This document shows, piece by piece, positions 19,784 to 30,649 of a DNA stretch of 64,000 nucleotides. Numbering within the stretch: the first letter of the stretch is position 1; the number at the start of each line of letters is the position of its first letter. Below the pieces are notes generated by a model. It worked only from the letters and a program-made list of their open reading frames with translations. It did no database searches and was not told the DNA's origin. A program made the translations under genes and the position numbers. The stretch comes from a virus (lineage: Duplodnaviria; Heunggongvirae; Uroviricota; Caudoviricetes): the IMG/VR virus record IMGVR_UViG_3300012347_000364, positions 158,826 to 222,825 of that record; one strand, written 5' to 3'.

Positions 19784-20527
19784 ATGGCTGTTCCTTCATC
19801 CAGATCTGAATTTAAAGAGTACTGCTTACGCGCTTTAGGTAAGCCAGTAATCGAAATTAACGTCGATGACGATCAAGTAGAAGATCGTATTGACCAAGCA
19901 TTAAAATATTATGGTGATTATCACTTCGATGCATCAGAAAAGATGTATTACAAACATCAAGTCACTGACACTGACAAAATAAACAAATACATCACGTTGC
20001 CCGAAAACATTATCGGCGCAGTAAGTATCTTTTCGATTGGTGATCCATCAGTTCGTTCGGATGACTTGTTTAATATTCGTTACCAGATTGCTCTGAACGA
20101 TCTATACACACTGACCTCCGTTTCGCTTGTCCCATATTATATGGTGATGCAACATCTAGGCGTTATTCAGGAGTTGTTGGTTGGTAAGCAACCCATCAGA
20201 TATGCACGCCACCGAAATCGCTTACATATCGATATGGATTGGAATACTTTAAATTCTGGCGAATACTTATTGGTGGAAGCGTATGAAGTTATTGATCCGG
20301 AAATTTATACTGATGTATGGGGTGATCGTTGGCTTGCAGAGTATTGTGAGCAATTGATCAAGCGCCAGTGGGGCAATAATCTTAAAAAATATAACGGCAT
20401 GCAAATGCCTGGTGGTTTGACATTTAATGGGCAGACCATATACGAGGAAGCGGACGCTGAGATTAAGCGAATCGAGCAAGAAATGATTTCAAACTACTCG
20501 CTTCCTGTAATGGATATGGTGGGCTAA
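19784..20527 (+). CDS. gp13: Neck protein gp13
   Basis: YCLRALGKPVIEINVDDDQVEDRID; QWGNNLKKY.G..MPGG.T.NG; late promoter and GGAG upstream. Confidence 0.92.
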   Translation: MAVPSSRSEFKEYCLRALGKPVIEINVDDDQVEDRIDQALKYYGDYHFDASEKMYYKHQVTDTDKINKYITLPENIIGAVSIFSIGDPSVRSDDLFNIRYQIALNDLYTLTSVSLVPYYMVMQHLGVIQELLVGKQPIRYARHRNRLHIDMDWNTLNSGEYLLVEAYEVIDPEIYTDVWGDRWLAEYCEQLIKRQWGNNLKKYNGMQMPGGLTFNGQTIYEEADAEIKRIEQEMISNYSLPVMDMVG

Positions 20528-20531
20528 TAAA

Positions 20532-21257
20532 TTGGCTACCTCATTCTACTTTAACAACTTTCAAAGCAGCATGGAGCAAGATCTCCTTGCTGACTTGGTT
20601 GCTGAGTCTATTAAAATCAATGGCATTGATGTGTTCTACCTTCCTCGCGAAACAGTAGCGCTGGATGCCATTTATACGGAAGACGCGTTGAGTGAATATC
20701 AGCGCGCAATAATGGTTGACGTCTACGTGAAGTCGTTTGATAGCTTCGGTGGCGAAGGTCAGTTCATGCAGAAGTTTAATCTCGAGATCCGAGATACTAT
20801 GACGTTCAGCATATCACAAAGAACTTTCCAGCACGAGATTACGCAACCCGTTGGTATTATTAGACCGAGAGAGGGTGACTTAATTTACTTGCCAGTTGCT
20901 AAACGTATGTTTAAAATATCATACGTTGAGAAATTCCCTGTAATGATGCCCCTAGGATCGTTACCGTTTTTTGACATGAAGTGTGAGATGTTTGAGTACA
21001 GCGGCGAGGTTATTAATACTGGTGTACGCGAAATTGATGCAATTGAAGCTAAATTTAATATTGAGCTCAACAACTTTGCAATTTCGACCGAGTCGCGCAT
21101 GGAATTGAAGGATGAGGATGGGTTCTCGTTGATGCAAGAATCATATGACATTGACGTCGTTGATCCTACTGCGCAAAATGACGAGATTCAAACTGCGTCC
21201 TTAGACTTCATAAACTTTAGCGAACGTAACCCGTTCAGTGAAGATGGGACATTTTAA
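20532..21257 (+). CDS. gp14: Neck protein gp14
   Basis: EQ.L..DLV.ESI...G.DV.YLPR; RPREGDLIY; FSERNPF. Confidence 0.92.
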   Translation: MATSFYFNNFQSSMEQDLLADLVAESIKINGIDVFYLPRETVALDAIYTEDALSEYQRAIMVDVYVKSFDSFGGEGQFMQKFNLEIRDTMTFSISQRTFQHEITQPVGIIRPREGDLIYLPVAKRMFKISYVEKFPVMMPLGSLPFFDMKCEMFEYSGEVINTGVREIDAIEAKFNIELNNFAISTESRMELKDEDGFSLMQESYDIDVVDPTAQNDEIQTASLDFINFSERNPFSEDGTF

Positions 21258-22075
21258 TGCTCGGAACAACATACTACCACGGCACCCTTAAAAAATACGT
21301 TACCTTATTTGGTACGTTATTCAATGAGGTGTACATTAACCGCATCGATGCTGCTCATAATGTTACCAATAGCATTAAGGTGCCTCTACAATATGCACCT
21401 AAAGAAAAGGTGTTGGCACGCCTCGAGTCAGATCCAAATCTAACTAATCCAGTAGCTACAGTATTGCCACGCATGGCTTTCGAGATTACTACTCTATCGT
21501 ACGCGCCAACTCGCAAGCTACCTACGATTAATCAAATCACAAAAGTGGATACTGACCCTACGAAGAAGAACTATCAATACATGCCTGTGCCGTATGATAT
21601 TTCATTCTCGTTGTATATCATGGTTAAGAACCAAGAAGACGGTACACAGATACTGGAACAAATCTTACCATACTTTACGCCTGAGTGGACTTCAACCGTC
21701 AACATACTGCCTGAGATGGGAATAATTCAAGATATCCCATTAGTGTTGCTTAACGTGACTCCACAAGATTCGTATGAAGGCAACTTCGAAGAGCGCCGTG
21801 TTATTACATGGACGCTAGACTTCATTATGAAGGGGTACTTTTATGGACCTGTGCATAAGTCAGGTATCATTACGTTGGCCAACACCAACTTCTTCGATGC
21901 GTCAAGTTACGATAATATCAGCGACGCTGTGGGGAATATAGATATTATAGATAGAGTTACAGTAACCCCTGGTCTAGACGCAAATGGCCACCCAACATCT
22001 AATGCTTCAGTGAGTGTACCTAGAAATGAAATTACAGCCAACTCCGATTACGGATTTATCGTCAAACTTGGATAG
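21257..22075 (+). CDS. gp15: Tail sheath stabilizer/terminator gp15
   Basis: FGTLFN, VPLQYAPKEK, LPRMAFE, QILEQILPYFTP. Confidence 0.92.
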   Translation: MLGTTYYHGTLKKYVTLFGTLFNEVYINRIDAAHNVTNSIKVPLQYAPKEKVLARLESDPNLTNPVATVLPRMAFEITTLSYAPTRKLPTINQITKVDTDPTKKNYQYMPVPYDISFSLYIMVKNQEDGTQILEQILPYFTPEWTSTVNILPEMGIIQDIPLVLLNVTPQDSYEGNFEERRVITWTLDFIMKGYFYGPVHKSGIITLANTNFFDASSYDNISDAVGNIDIIDRVTVTPGLDANGHPTSNASVSVPRNEITANSDYGFIVKLG

Positions 22076-22466
22076 TATTAGCCAGACATTAAATCTGGAT
22101 CCTCTACCTCCAGCTCCTCTTCCAATCGTCATCGACAGCACCCAGGTTGATGATGATTATGAGTATGCGCGTGGCAATATTATTAATACAATCGAGAAGG
22201 GCAACGAAGCGCTTCAAGGCATCTTAGATGTTGCTGGTATGGGACAACACCCTCGTGCGTATGAGGTTGCTGCCAACTTGGTTAAAACAATGGTCGATGC
22301 AAACAAAGACTTGCTCGAACTTACAAAGAAACGCAAAGAGCTGGATAAGCTCGATGGTAAGATAGGTGCTGGCACTCAGGTAACTAATAACAATATGTTT
22401 GTCGGTTCAACTGCTGAGTTACTAAAGGCATTGAAGAGCGGCAATATGAAAGATATTGAAGGCTAA
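22026..22466 (+). CDS. gp16: Terminase small subunit gp16
   Basis: DDYEYAR, HPRAYEV, NN.FVGST.EL.K motifs. Confidence 0.9.
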   Translation: MKLQPTPITDLSSNLDSISQTLNLDPLPPAPLPIVIDSTQVDDDYEYARGNIINTIEKGNEALQGILDVAGMGQHPRAYEVAANLVKTMVDANKDLLELTKKRKELDKLDGKIGAGTQVTNNNMFVGSTAELLKALKSGNMKDIEG

Positions 22467-24073
22467 TGGCATATAATGGCAATCAGAACCTTGTTTCTGT
22501 AAGAGATACATTAGAGTTCACAAAAGAACAGGTCGTTGAGTATGGCAAATGTGCTCGCGATCCTTTGTATTTTATTGAGAAATACGTTCAGATCGTTCAC
22601 GTCGATCGCGGCTTGGTGCCGTTTGAGATGTGGGACTTCCAGCGAGACATTGTCCGCTTGGTGGAAGATACACGTTATGTGATATGTAAGATGCCTCGAC
22701 AGGTCGGTAAAACTACGACTGTTGCTGCCATTCTTTTACATTACGTTCTATTCAATGAGAATTATTCTGTAGCTATCCTAGCTAACAAGTTGTCGCAAGC
22801 ACGTGAAATTCTTAGCCGTATTCAGATGGCTTTTGAATACCTACCAAAGTGGTTGCAGCAGGGTGTTGTTGAATGGAACAAAGGTTTCATTGAATTAGCT
22901 AACGGATCTAAGATCCTTGCATCTGCGACATCCTCATCTGCCATTCGTGGTACGTCCCAGAACCTGATCTATCTTGACGAGTTTGCTTTCGTCCCAAACA
23001 ACATGCAAGAAGAGTTCTTCATGTCTGTTTACCCTACTATCTCTTCTGGTAAAACAACCAAAGTCGTAATCACATCAACGCCTAATGGCTTGAATATGTT
23101 TTACAAGCTGTGGAAGGATTCGGAAGAGGGTCGTAACGACTATAAGCGTGTTGACGTTCATTGGTCCCAAGTTCCCGGAAGAGATGAAGCTTGGAAAGCT
23201 GAAACAATCCGCAACACATCTGAAGAGCAGTTCAGACAGGAATATGACTGTGAGTTTTTAGGGTCTTCTAATACTCTTATTAGTCCTACTAAGTTGAGAA
23301 TGCTTACATACTCAACACCAATCAAATCAACATCTGATATTAGGGTATATCTTGAACCGGCACAAGGCCGACTATACACATTGGTTGCAGATACGTCAAG
23401 GGCCTTGGGTCAAGACTATTCAGCATTTGTGATATTCGACGTGACCGAATTTCCATATCAGGTTGTTGCAACGTACCGGAATAACACGATATCCTCGCTG
23501 TTATACCCATCCATCATCTATCAATTCGCAAAACACTATAATGGTGCCTATTGTTTAGTGGAGTCCAACGACATTGGTAAGCAAGTCGCTGACATTTTGT
23601 ACTATGAACATGAATATGAAAATGTGTTCTATACATCATCGGACAATCGGTCTGGACAAAGGATTACAGGTGGGTTTGGTGGATCTGCACAACTTGGTGT
23701 TAAGACGTCCAGTACTGTAAAACGGATTGGATGTAGTAATTTTAAATCAATGGTCGAAAATGACAAGATCATTTTAAACGACTTTGATCTACTTCAAGAA
23801 TTGTACCGCTTCTCGGCAAAGGGCAATTCTTATGAGGCCGAAGAAGGCCACGATGACTTAGTGATGCCATGTATTTTATTTGCATGGGCTATTGAGCAAC
23901 CGTTCGTAAAAGAGCTAACAAGCACAGATTTGCGTAAACGTATCTACGACGATCAAGAGAGCTCCATGGAGGAGCATCTTGTTCCTTTTGGCATGATTGA
24001 CGACGGTCAAACAGACTTTGAGGAAGCTCCAGCCATAGCAGTACATCGTGACAACGATAACTGGCTTCTATGA
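22466..24073 (+). CDS. gp17: Terminase large subunit gp17
   Basis: PRQVGKTT Walker A, YLDEFAF Walker B, ITSTPNG, nuclease HDDLVM. Confidence 0.97.
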   Translation: MAYNGNQNLVSVRDTLEFTKEQVVEYGKCARDPLYFIEKYVQIVHVDRGLVPFEMWDFQRDIVRLVEDTRYVICKMPRQVGKTTTVAAILLHYVLFNENYSVAILANKLSQAREILSRIQMAFEYLPKWLQQGVVEWNKGFIELANGSKILASATSSSAIRGTSQNLIYLDEFAFVPNNMQEEFFMSVYPTISSGKTTKVVITSTPNGLNMFYKLWKDSEEGRNDYKRVDVHWSQVPGRDEAWKAETIRNTSEEQFRQEYDCEFLGSSNTLISPTKLRMLTYSTPIKSTSDIRVYLEPAQGRLYTLVADTSRALGQDYSAFVIFDVTEFPYQVVATYRNNTISSLLYPSIIYQFAKHYNGAYCLVESNDIGKQVADILYYEHEYENVFYTSSDNRSGQRITGGFGGSAQLGVKTSSTVKRIGCSNFKSMVENDKIILNDFDLLQELYRFSAKGNSYEAEEGHDDLVMPCILFAWAIEQPFVKELTSTDLRKRIYDDQESSMEEHLVPFGMIDDGQTDFEEAPAIAVHRDNDNWLL

Positions 24074-24090
24074 TAGCGAATTACTGAAAA

Positions 24091-24098
24091 TATAAATA
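24091..24098 (+). promoter_or_regulatory. T4 late promoter TATAAATA
   Basis: Exact consensus upstream of the tail sheath gene. Confidence 0.8.
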
Positions 24099-24141
24099 AC
24101 CGAGAAGTCAAAAAATATAACCTATCTTTGGGGAGATAATC

Positions 24142-26226
24142 ATGCCATTTCAAGTCAGTCCAGGCGTAAACGTATCTGAAATTGACCTGACTACGGTTGT
24201 TCCAGCTGTTTCAACAACGGAAGGTGCCTTAGCAGGCGTTTTCCGTTGGGGCCCAGTGAACACACGTATTCTTGTTGATTCGGAAGCTACGCTAGCAAGT
24301 CGCTTTGGTAAACCATCTAATTTCAATGCTGAAACATGGTTCACAGGCGCAAACTTTTTATCATACGGCAACAAGCTGTATATCGTGCGTACTGCAAATA
24401 CGTCAGACAACACCGGCGCTAACGGCGTTCTGACAGCTGTTGCAAACACAAGTTCTATCACAGATCCTTTATCATTCGTCGTTATTAACGAAGATGATTA
24501 TCTGAACAAAGATTCGCTTGGTCAATTTGCTACAGACTCACAAGTCAAATTCATTGCTAAGTATCCAGGTGCTTTGGGCGATTCGTTGAAGATTTCCGTT
24601 TGTGATTCCGCAAACGCATTCACGTCGTCTGCTAACTTGCTAGGTACTGGTATTGATAGCAATACAAGCGCAACCAGCTTCTCGTTAGCTGTTGGTGCTT
24701 CTAGTGCTACAATCACTATTGCTAACTCTTCTATCGGTACATCAAACAGTACTAACGCTGTTGCTGGTACTGTTCGTAGTTCCTTTATCAACGGCGATTA
24801 TATCGAAGTAGGTAACACGAGTATTGGTAAGCAATATTTGAAGATCAGCAATACAACTGCAGTATCGGTTAACACGATTACTGGCACATCTTCATTCACT
24901 GTCAATTTTGAAGACATATACACGTTGTCGACCGACTACACCGCACAAAGTGTTACCCGTTACTGGGAATACTTTAACTCGGTCGCGAAGGCACCAGGCG
25001 TGTCCGATTACCAAACAAACTTCGGTAACACATCTGCAATCGATGAAGTTCATGCTGTTGTTGTCGACCAGAATGGTGCGTTTACGGGAATCCCAGGTAC
25101 TATTCTAGAAGTATACCAAGGCATGTCTCGCGCTACGGATGCAAAGACTGTAGACGGTGCAACTAACTACTACAAAAACATCATTAACCAACAATCAAAC
25201 TATGTTTGGTTCACAAACCACAGAGCTGCTTCCGAAGCAAATACTGCGGTTAACTTGGCTACATCAGCATTCACTGCTCCATTGACATTAACCTTCACAG
25301 AAGGCGCTGATGGTGACGGTGAGACAAACGTTCCATTGAATGTGTTGGCGCAAGGCTATGATATGTTTGCATCTGCTGAAGCAGTTGACGTATCTTTAGT
25401 ATTGCAAGGTAAAGCTCGTGGCGGTTCACGTGGTGAACAGCTTGCTAACTACATCATTGACAACGTTACTGAAGCACGTAAGGATTGCGTAGCATTTGTT
25501 TCACCAGCTCGCGACACAGTCGTTAATAATGCTGGATCTGAAGCTCTTGATATCATTGCTTTCCGTAATGTGTTGCGTAACAGCTCATACGCGTTCTTGG
25601 ATACTGGTTACAAATATCAATACGACAAGTACAACGACATCTACCGCTATGTTCCTATGAACGGCGATGTTGCTGGTTTGGCTGTACGTACTGATAGTCA
25701 ACGCGATCCATGGTTCTCGCCTGCTGGTTTCAACCGCGGTGCTATTAAGAACATCATCAAGTTGGCCTACAACCCACGTCAAGCTGAACGCGATATTCTA
25801 TACAAGGCTGATGTTAACCCTGTCGTTACATTCCCTGGTCAAGGAACTATCCTGTATGGCGATAAGACGTTGCTAGGCAAGCCAAGCGCATTCGATCGTA
25901 TCAACGTACGTCGTTTGTTCATTGTCCTAGAAAAGGCAATTGCTACAGCTGCTAAATTCACATTGTTTGAATTCAACGATGGTTTCACCCGCGCTCAATT
26001 CAAGAACTTGGTAGAGCCGTTCTTGCGCGATGTGCAAGGTCGTCGTGGCATTTACGAATTCAAGGTTGTTTGCGATGAGACTAACAACACTGGACAAGTT
26101 ATCGATTCCAACCAATTTGTTGGTGACATCTATATCAAACCAGCACGTTCTATCAACTTTATCCAGTTGAACTTCGTTGCTGTGCGTACGGGTGTTGAGT
26201 TCTCTGAAGTCGTTGGTCAATTCTAA
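24142..26226 (+). CDS. gp18: Tail sheath protein gp18
   Basis: SPGV.V.EIDLT, PWFSPAG.NRG, FDRINVRRLF, KPARSINFI.LNF. Confidence 0.97.
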   Translation: MPFQVSPGVNVSEIDLTTVVPAVSTTEGALAGVFRWGPVNTRILVDSEATLASRFGKPSNFNAETWFTGANFLSYGNKLYIVRTANTSDNTGANGVLTAVANTSSITDPLSFVVINEDDYLNKDSLGQFATDSQVKFIAKYPGALGDSLKISVCDSANAFTSSANLLGTGIDSNTSATSFSLAVGASSATITIANSSIGTSNSTNAVAGTVRSSFINGDYIEVGNTSIGKQYLKISNTTAVSVNTITGTSSFTVNFEDIYTLSTDYTAQSVTRYWEYFNSVAKAPGVSDYQTNFGNTSAIDEVHAVVVDQNGAFTGIPGTILEVYQGMSRATDAKTVDGATNYYKNIINQQSNYVWFTNHRAASEANTAVNLATSAFTAPLTLTFTEGADGDGETNVPLNVLAQGYDMFASAEAVDVSLVLQGKARGGSRGEQLANYIIDNVTEARKDCVAFVSPARDTVVNNAGSEALDIIAFRNVLRNSSYAFLDTGYKYQYDKYNDIYRYVPMNGDVAGLAVRTDSQRDPWFSPAGFNRGAIKNIIKLAYNPRQAERDILYKADVNPVVTFPGQGTILYGDKTLLGKPSAFDRINVRRLFIVLEKAIATAAKFTLFEFNDGFTRAQFKNLVEPFLRDVQGRRGIYEFKVVCDETNNTGQVIDSNQFVGDIYIKPARSINFIQLNFVAVRTGVEFSEVVGQF

Positions 26227-26250
26227 GAATAGAAGATAAGGAGAAACAAC

Positions 26251-26802
26251 ATGGCATTTAACGTAAACGAAATCAGAAGTCAGCTGACCCTTGGTGGGGC
26301 ACGAAACTCTCTGTTCCAAGTTACGATTCAAAACCCAGCCAACTCGATTGCTGATTTGAAGGTGCCCTTCCTAGCGAAGGCTACCTCAATTCCAGCAGCA
26401 ACGTTGGGACTGATCGAAGTACCATACTTCGGTCGTAAAGTCCGCTTAGCTGGCGATCGTCAATTTGGCCAATGGGCTGTTACTATCATTAACGATGAGG
26501 ATTTCTTGATCCGCAACGCAATGGAAGAATGGTCGAATAGAATCAACAGCTTCCAAGGTAACCTACGTGGTTTTGGCGCTGCTAGCCCTCTACTATATAA
26601 AGCACAGGCTCAAGTAATTCAATACTCGAAGACTGGCTTACCAATCAGAACATATCAGTTCAACGGCATCTTCCCTCTCGAAGTATCCGCAATTGAACTA
26701 GATTGGAATTCAACTGATCAAATCCAAGAATTCCAAGTCGTGTTTGCATACGACTGGTGGGAAATTAGTGGTGGTATTACTGGCGACGCCGGTGGTGCTT
26801 AA
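26251..26802 (+). CDS. gp19: Tail tube protein gp19
   Basis: GGAR..LF.V, VPYFGR...AGDR.F..W..T..NDEDF, F.YDWW. Confidence 0.95.
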   Translation: MAFNVNEIRSQLTLGGARNSLFQVTIQNPANSIADLKVPFLAKATSIPAATLGLIEVPYFGRKVRLAGDRQFGQWAVTIINDEDFLIRNAMEEWSNRINSFQGNLRGFGAASPLLYKAQAQVIQYSKTGLPIRTYQFNGIFPLEVSAIELDWNSTDQIQEFQVVFAYDWWEISGGITGDAGGA

Positions 26803-26846
26803 TAATATGGAGACCGGCTTGTCCGGTCTCATTAATTGGAGATAAT

Positions 26847-28412
26847 ATGGAGTTTCTAGGCTTCGAGTTTCGTCGCAGAGGTCCTGCTCAACAGCAGAAC
26901 TTAGATGAATTCATCCCTAAACAAAACGACGATGGGTCACTAGTTGTTGCAGCTGGTGGGTCCTATGGTACCGTTGTTGATTTAGAAGGCGCTGCTAAAA
27001 ATGAAGCGGAGCTAGTTACGAAGTATCGTGAAATGGTTCAGCATGCAGAGGTCGACTCTGCTGTTGATGACATTGTCAATGAGGCTATCGTTGTAGAGAC
27101 GGAAGATATCATTTCCGTTAATATGGATGGTACAAATCTCCCAGACAACGTCAAGAAAGTAATTGACCAGGAATTCAAAAACATTCTTGGGCTATTAGAT
27201 TTTAATCATCAAGGGTATGATGTATTCCGTCGTTGGTACGTTGATGGTCGCTTATACTATCATGCAATCATTGATAAGAACAATCCAAAAGACGGCATCC
27301 AAGAATTGCGTTATATTGATCCTCGCAAGATCAAAAAAGTTAAAGAACAGAAGCGTAAGAAGGTTAATGCTACCAATACGTCTGCTGAAGTAACTGTAGG
27401 CCAAAACGAGTACTACATTTACAACGATAAGGGTTGGGGCGGCCGCCCAAGTGCTGGTCCTACATCCGCGACAGCTACAACAGGTCTAAAGATTGCTAAA
27501 GACAGTATCCTATACTGTACGTCAGGCCTGCTTGATAAAACTAATTCCCTCGTCATCTCATATCTGCATAAGGCGATCAAGCCGTTAAACCAGTTAAGAG
27601 CGCTTGAAGACGCTACAATCATCTACCGTATTAGTCGAGCTCCAGAGCGTCGTATTTTTTACATCGACGTAGGTAACCTTCCCAAGATGAAGGCAGAGCA
27701 GTATTTACGCGATATGATGGTCCGCCATAAGAACAAAGTCGTGTATGATGCATCGTCTGGTGAAATACGTGACGATCGTAAGTTTATGACAATGCTAGAA
27801 GATTTCTGGTTGCCACGCCGCGAAGGCAATCGTGGAACCCAAATCGAGACATTGCCAGGAGGCCAAAACCTCGGCGAAATGACTGACGTAGAGTACTTCC
27901 AAAAGATTTTATATCGTTCGTTGAACGTACCAGTTGCTCGTACACAAAATGATGCTGCGTTCGGTATCGGCCGTGCTACAGAGATTTCAAGAGACGAAGT
28001 TAAGTTCTCAAAGTTCATCGACCGTTTGCGCGCTCGTTTCAATCACCTATTCCTCAAAGCACTTGAGAAGCAATTGGTATTGAAACAAGTCATTACGATC
28101 GATGAGTGGAAATCTATTGCTGCCTCTATCAAATTCGTATATGCAAAAGACAACTACTTCTCAGAGCTTAAGGCTTATGAAGTATTGAACGAAAAACTGA
28201 ATGTGTATCAGGCACTATTAAATACTGGTGCTGTTGGAAAATATTACTCTAACAAGTGGGTTAGATCAAACATATTTACACAGGATGCTGAGTTCATGGA
28301 ACAGATGAATGATGAGATCAAAGCAGAAGCAAACGATCCACAATTTAATCCTGTAATGCCAGGCGATGTGAGCGCTCCTACTGCAGGACCTAGCGCACCA
28401 CAACAAAATTAA
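26847..28412 (+). CDS. gp20: Portal protein gp20
   Basis: WYVDGR, YRISRAPERRIFYIDVGNLPK.KAEQY, EDFWLPRREG.RGT. Confidence 0.97.
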   Translation: MEFLGFEFRRRGPAQQQNLDEFIPKQNDDGSLVVAAGGSYGTVVDLEGAAKNEAELVTKYREMVQHAEVDSAVDDIVNEAIVVETEDIISVNMDGTNLPDNVKKVIDQEFKNILGLLDFNHQGYDVFRRWYVDGRLYYHAIIDKNNPKDGIQELRYIDPRKIKKVKEQKRKKVNATNTSAEVTVGQNEYYIYNDKGWGGRPSAGPTSATATTGLKIAKDSILYCTSGLLDKTNSLVISYLHKAIKPLNQLRALEDATIIYRISRAPERRIFYIDVGNLPKMKAEQYLRDMMVRHKNKVVYDASSGEIRDDRKFMTMLEDFWLPRREGNRGTQIETLPGGQNLGEMTDVEYFQKILYRSLNVPVARTQNDAAFGIGRATEISRDEVKFSKFIDRLRARFNHLFLKALEKQLVLKQVITIDEWKSIAASIKFVYAKDNYFSELKAYEVLNEKLNVYQALLNTGAVGKYYSNKWVRSNIFTQDAEFMEQMNDEIKAEANDPQFNPVMPGDVSAPTAGPSAPQQN

Positions 28413-28435
28413 AATGTATAAATAATGGAGAGAAT

Positions 28436-28744
28436 ATGACTACTACAACCTATACGCCCGCTGATATCGTTGGTTTTGCTGCTGAAAGAGATGCAGCAAA
28501 TATTTCCAACGCGTTTAGTGATTTGATTGGCCAACGCATCCAAGATGCTATTCAGGCCAAAAAGGTAGAATTAGCACAATCGATGTTTGCAGATCCTGTA
28601 GAGCAAGAAGTTGAACAACCAGCAGAGCAAGAAGTTGCCGCTGACGCGACCGAAGATGAGACTCAAGAACAGGAAGAAGCTAGCGACGAACAATCACAAG
28701 AAGAATCCGAGGAATCTAATGAAAACGCTGAAGAACATAACTGA
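28436..28744 (+). CDS. Acidic prohead core protein (gp67-like)
   Basis: Position after portal, very Glu-rich C-terminus; TATAAATA upstream. Confidence 0.6.
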   Translation: MTTTTYTPADIVGFAAERDAANISNAFSDLIGQRIQDAIQAKKVELAQSMFADPVEQEVEQPAEQEVAADATEDETQEQEEASDEQSQEESEESNENAEEHN

Positions 28745-29591
28745 AGCTATTAAAGGCGGCTTTCAAGGCCCGAAGCATAATCAAGGTATACGTCAGCCTA
28801 ACGAGACTGGCCCAGCTAAGAAGTTTATTGGCAACACCCCAGTATCTAAGACTGGCAATGCTGTAGCTCCTTCAGAAGGTACACAGGAATTTGTTAACGA
28901 CCACGAAATTGAAGTAATTGCAGACCGCAACGGTAATGGTGATGAAGTGTTTAAGGGTAGCGTCGTTAAGACTGTCGATCGCAAGAAAGAAAAGCACGGC
29001 TACAATGCTAAAGAAAGCGAAGATGTCAACGAACGTCGTTTGACAATGAAAGAGCTTTCAAAGCGTGAAGAAGTTGCAAAAGCAATCGAGCGTGAAAATC
29101 CAGGCATTGATATGTCTAAGAAAATGGCTATCGCAACTGCTACAGCAAAGAAAGTTGCAGAAGCATTAGATCCGCATGCAAAGGCTAAAGAGAACGTTGA
29201 GTTCCACCACGGACAAGCAACCGACTATGCTAAAGAAATTGGTAGCATGTTAGGTGACTATAAAAAGCATCTCAAGGGCGAAAAGCATGTTGGTGAATAT
29301 CATGCAGTTGATATTGCACAAATTCACGGCGGTCTAAAGCAAGTGCATGATGCACTAAAGTATGCTGTAATGGGCATTAAGCCTGTTAAGACGTCTGTTG
29401 CTATTGCAGAAGAAGTCGAACAGCAAGACCAAGATGCTGATATCGTTGAAGCATATGCGGTTGTGCTCGAGTCAGTATACGAGAGCTTGGAAGAAGAAGC
29501 AGACAAAGAAGCATTCTTAGAGATGCTCGAATCCGACGACGCATTTGATGAGTTGATGGATTTGGTACAAGAAACATTAGGAGCTGAGTAA
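28719..29591 (+). CDS. Putative prohead core/internal head protein
   Basis: Between portal and prohead protease; MKTLKNITEA start (T/S-E-A-type protease sites); KMAIATATAKK motif; ATG 28719 preferred. Confidence 0.55.
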   Translation: MKTLKNITEAIKGGFQGPKHNQGIRQPNETGPAKKFIGNTPVSKTGNAVAPSEGTQEFVNDHEIEVIADRNGNGDEVFKGSVVKTVDRKKEKHGYNAKESEDVNERRLTMKELSKREEVAKAIERENPGIDMSKKMAIATATAKKVAEALDPHAKAKENVEFHHGQATDYAKEIGSMLGDYKKHLKGEKHVGEYHAVDIAQIHGGLKQVHDALKYAVMGIKPVKTSVAIAEEVEQQDQDADIVEAYAVVLESVYESLEEEADKEAFLEMLESDDAFDELMDLVQETLGAE

Positions 29592-29953
29592 TGGCTGTCA
29601 CAGTAGTAAACCAACCTGGTAATAAAGTTATTATTCGCGGTTCGGCAAACGCATCATACCAGATGTCTGACTTTGCTGTAGGCTCTGAGACTGTTAATTC
29701 TGCAACACTATCACACATTTACTGCTCGTCTGAGGGTGGCGGTTCTGTTGTAGTGTATCGCGCAAACACAACGGATGCTAATAACGCAATTGTGCGTATT
29801 GCATCACAAGATAATGCATTCTATGATTTCGCTGGATATGGTATTGTTCCAGATTATGATAAGAAGACAGCAAACGTAGTTATCACTGTAACTGGTGCAA
29901 ACACGAACTATATTGTTGTACTACATAAACAATCAACAGCATCGGCAGCATAA
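29591..29953 (+). CDS. Hypothetical head-region protein
   Basis: Coupled ORF (TAATG overlap) preceding gp21. Confidence 0.6.
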   Translation: MAVTVVNQPGNKVIIRGSANASYQMSDFAVGSETVNSATLSHIYCSSEGGGSVVVYRANTTDANNAIVRIASQDNAFYDFAGYGIVPDYDKKTANVVITVTGANTNYIVVLHKQSTASAA

Positions 29954-29954
29954 C

Positions 29955-30608
29955 ATGAAACTATTTACAGAACTCGTCGAAGACGTACAATACATCGTCG
30001 AAGAAAAGAACGGGAAAAAGGATCTTTACATTACCGGCATTTATATGCAGGCAGAGCAAAAGAACGGTAACGGTCGTGTATACCGTCTTCCTATCCTAGA
30101 GCGCGAAGTCGCTCGCTACACAAAACAATACATCGATTCAAACAGAGCTCTTGGTGAGTTGGGACATCCAAACGGTCCATCTATTAACCTAGATCGCGTA
30201 TCACATAAGATCGTTGAATTGAAACAAGACGGCAATAACTTCATTGGTAAAGCTAAGATTCTTAGCACACCTATGGGCGACATTGCTAAGAATTTACTTG
30301 AAAGCGGCGTACAGCTAGGCGTTTCTACACGCGGCATGGGTTCATTGAAAGAAGTGAACGGTGTTATGGAAGTTCAAAGCGACTTCTATCTTGCAACTGC
30401 TGCTGACATTGTTGCTGATCCATCGGCTCCTGATGCTTTCGTTCAAGGCATTATGGAAGGCGTTGAGTGGGTGTGGGATAATGGTATTCTGCAACAGCAC
30501 CAACTAGAAAGCTATAAGCAAACCATACAAAAAGCTAGCAAGAAAGATCTTGAGTCTACTGCTATTAACGTGTGGGAACATTTCTTAAAATCGCTTTCTA
30601 ATAAATAA
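29955..30608 (+). CDS. gp21: Prohead protease gp21
   Basis: ALGELGHP, LGVSTRGMGSL, DIVADPSAPDAFV; ATG 29955 preferred. Confidence 0.95.
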   Translation: MKLFTELVEDVQYIVEEKNGKKDLYITGIYMQAEQKNGNGRVYRLPILEREVARYTKQYIDSNRALGELGHPNGPSINLDRVSHKIVELKQDGNNFIGKAKILSTPMGDIAKNLLESGVQLGVSTRGMGSLKEVNGVMEVQSDFYLATAADIVADPSAPDAFVQGIMEGVEWVWDNGILQQHQLESYKQTIQKASKKDLESTAINVWEHFLKSLSNK

Positions 30609-30649
30609 CCCATATAAATAATTCTAGCCTCAATTAATCAGGAGAAAAT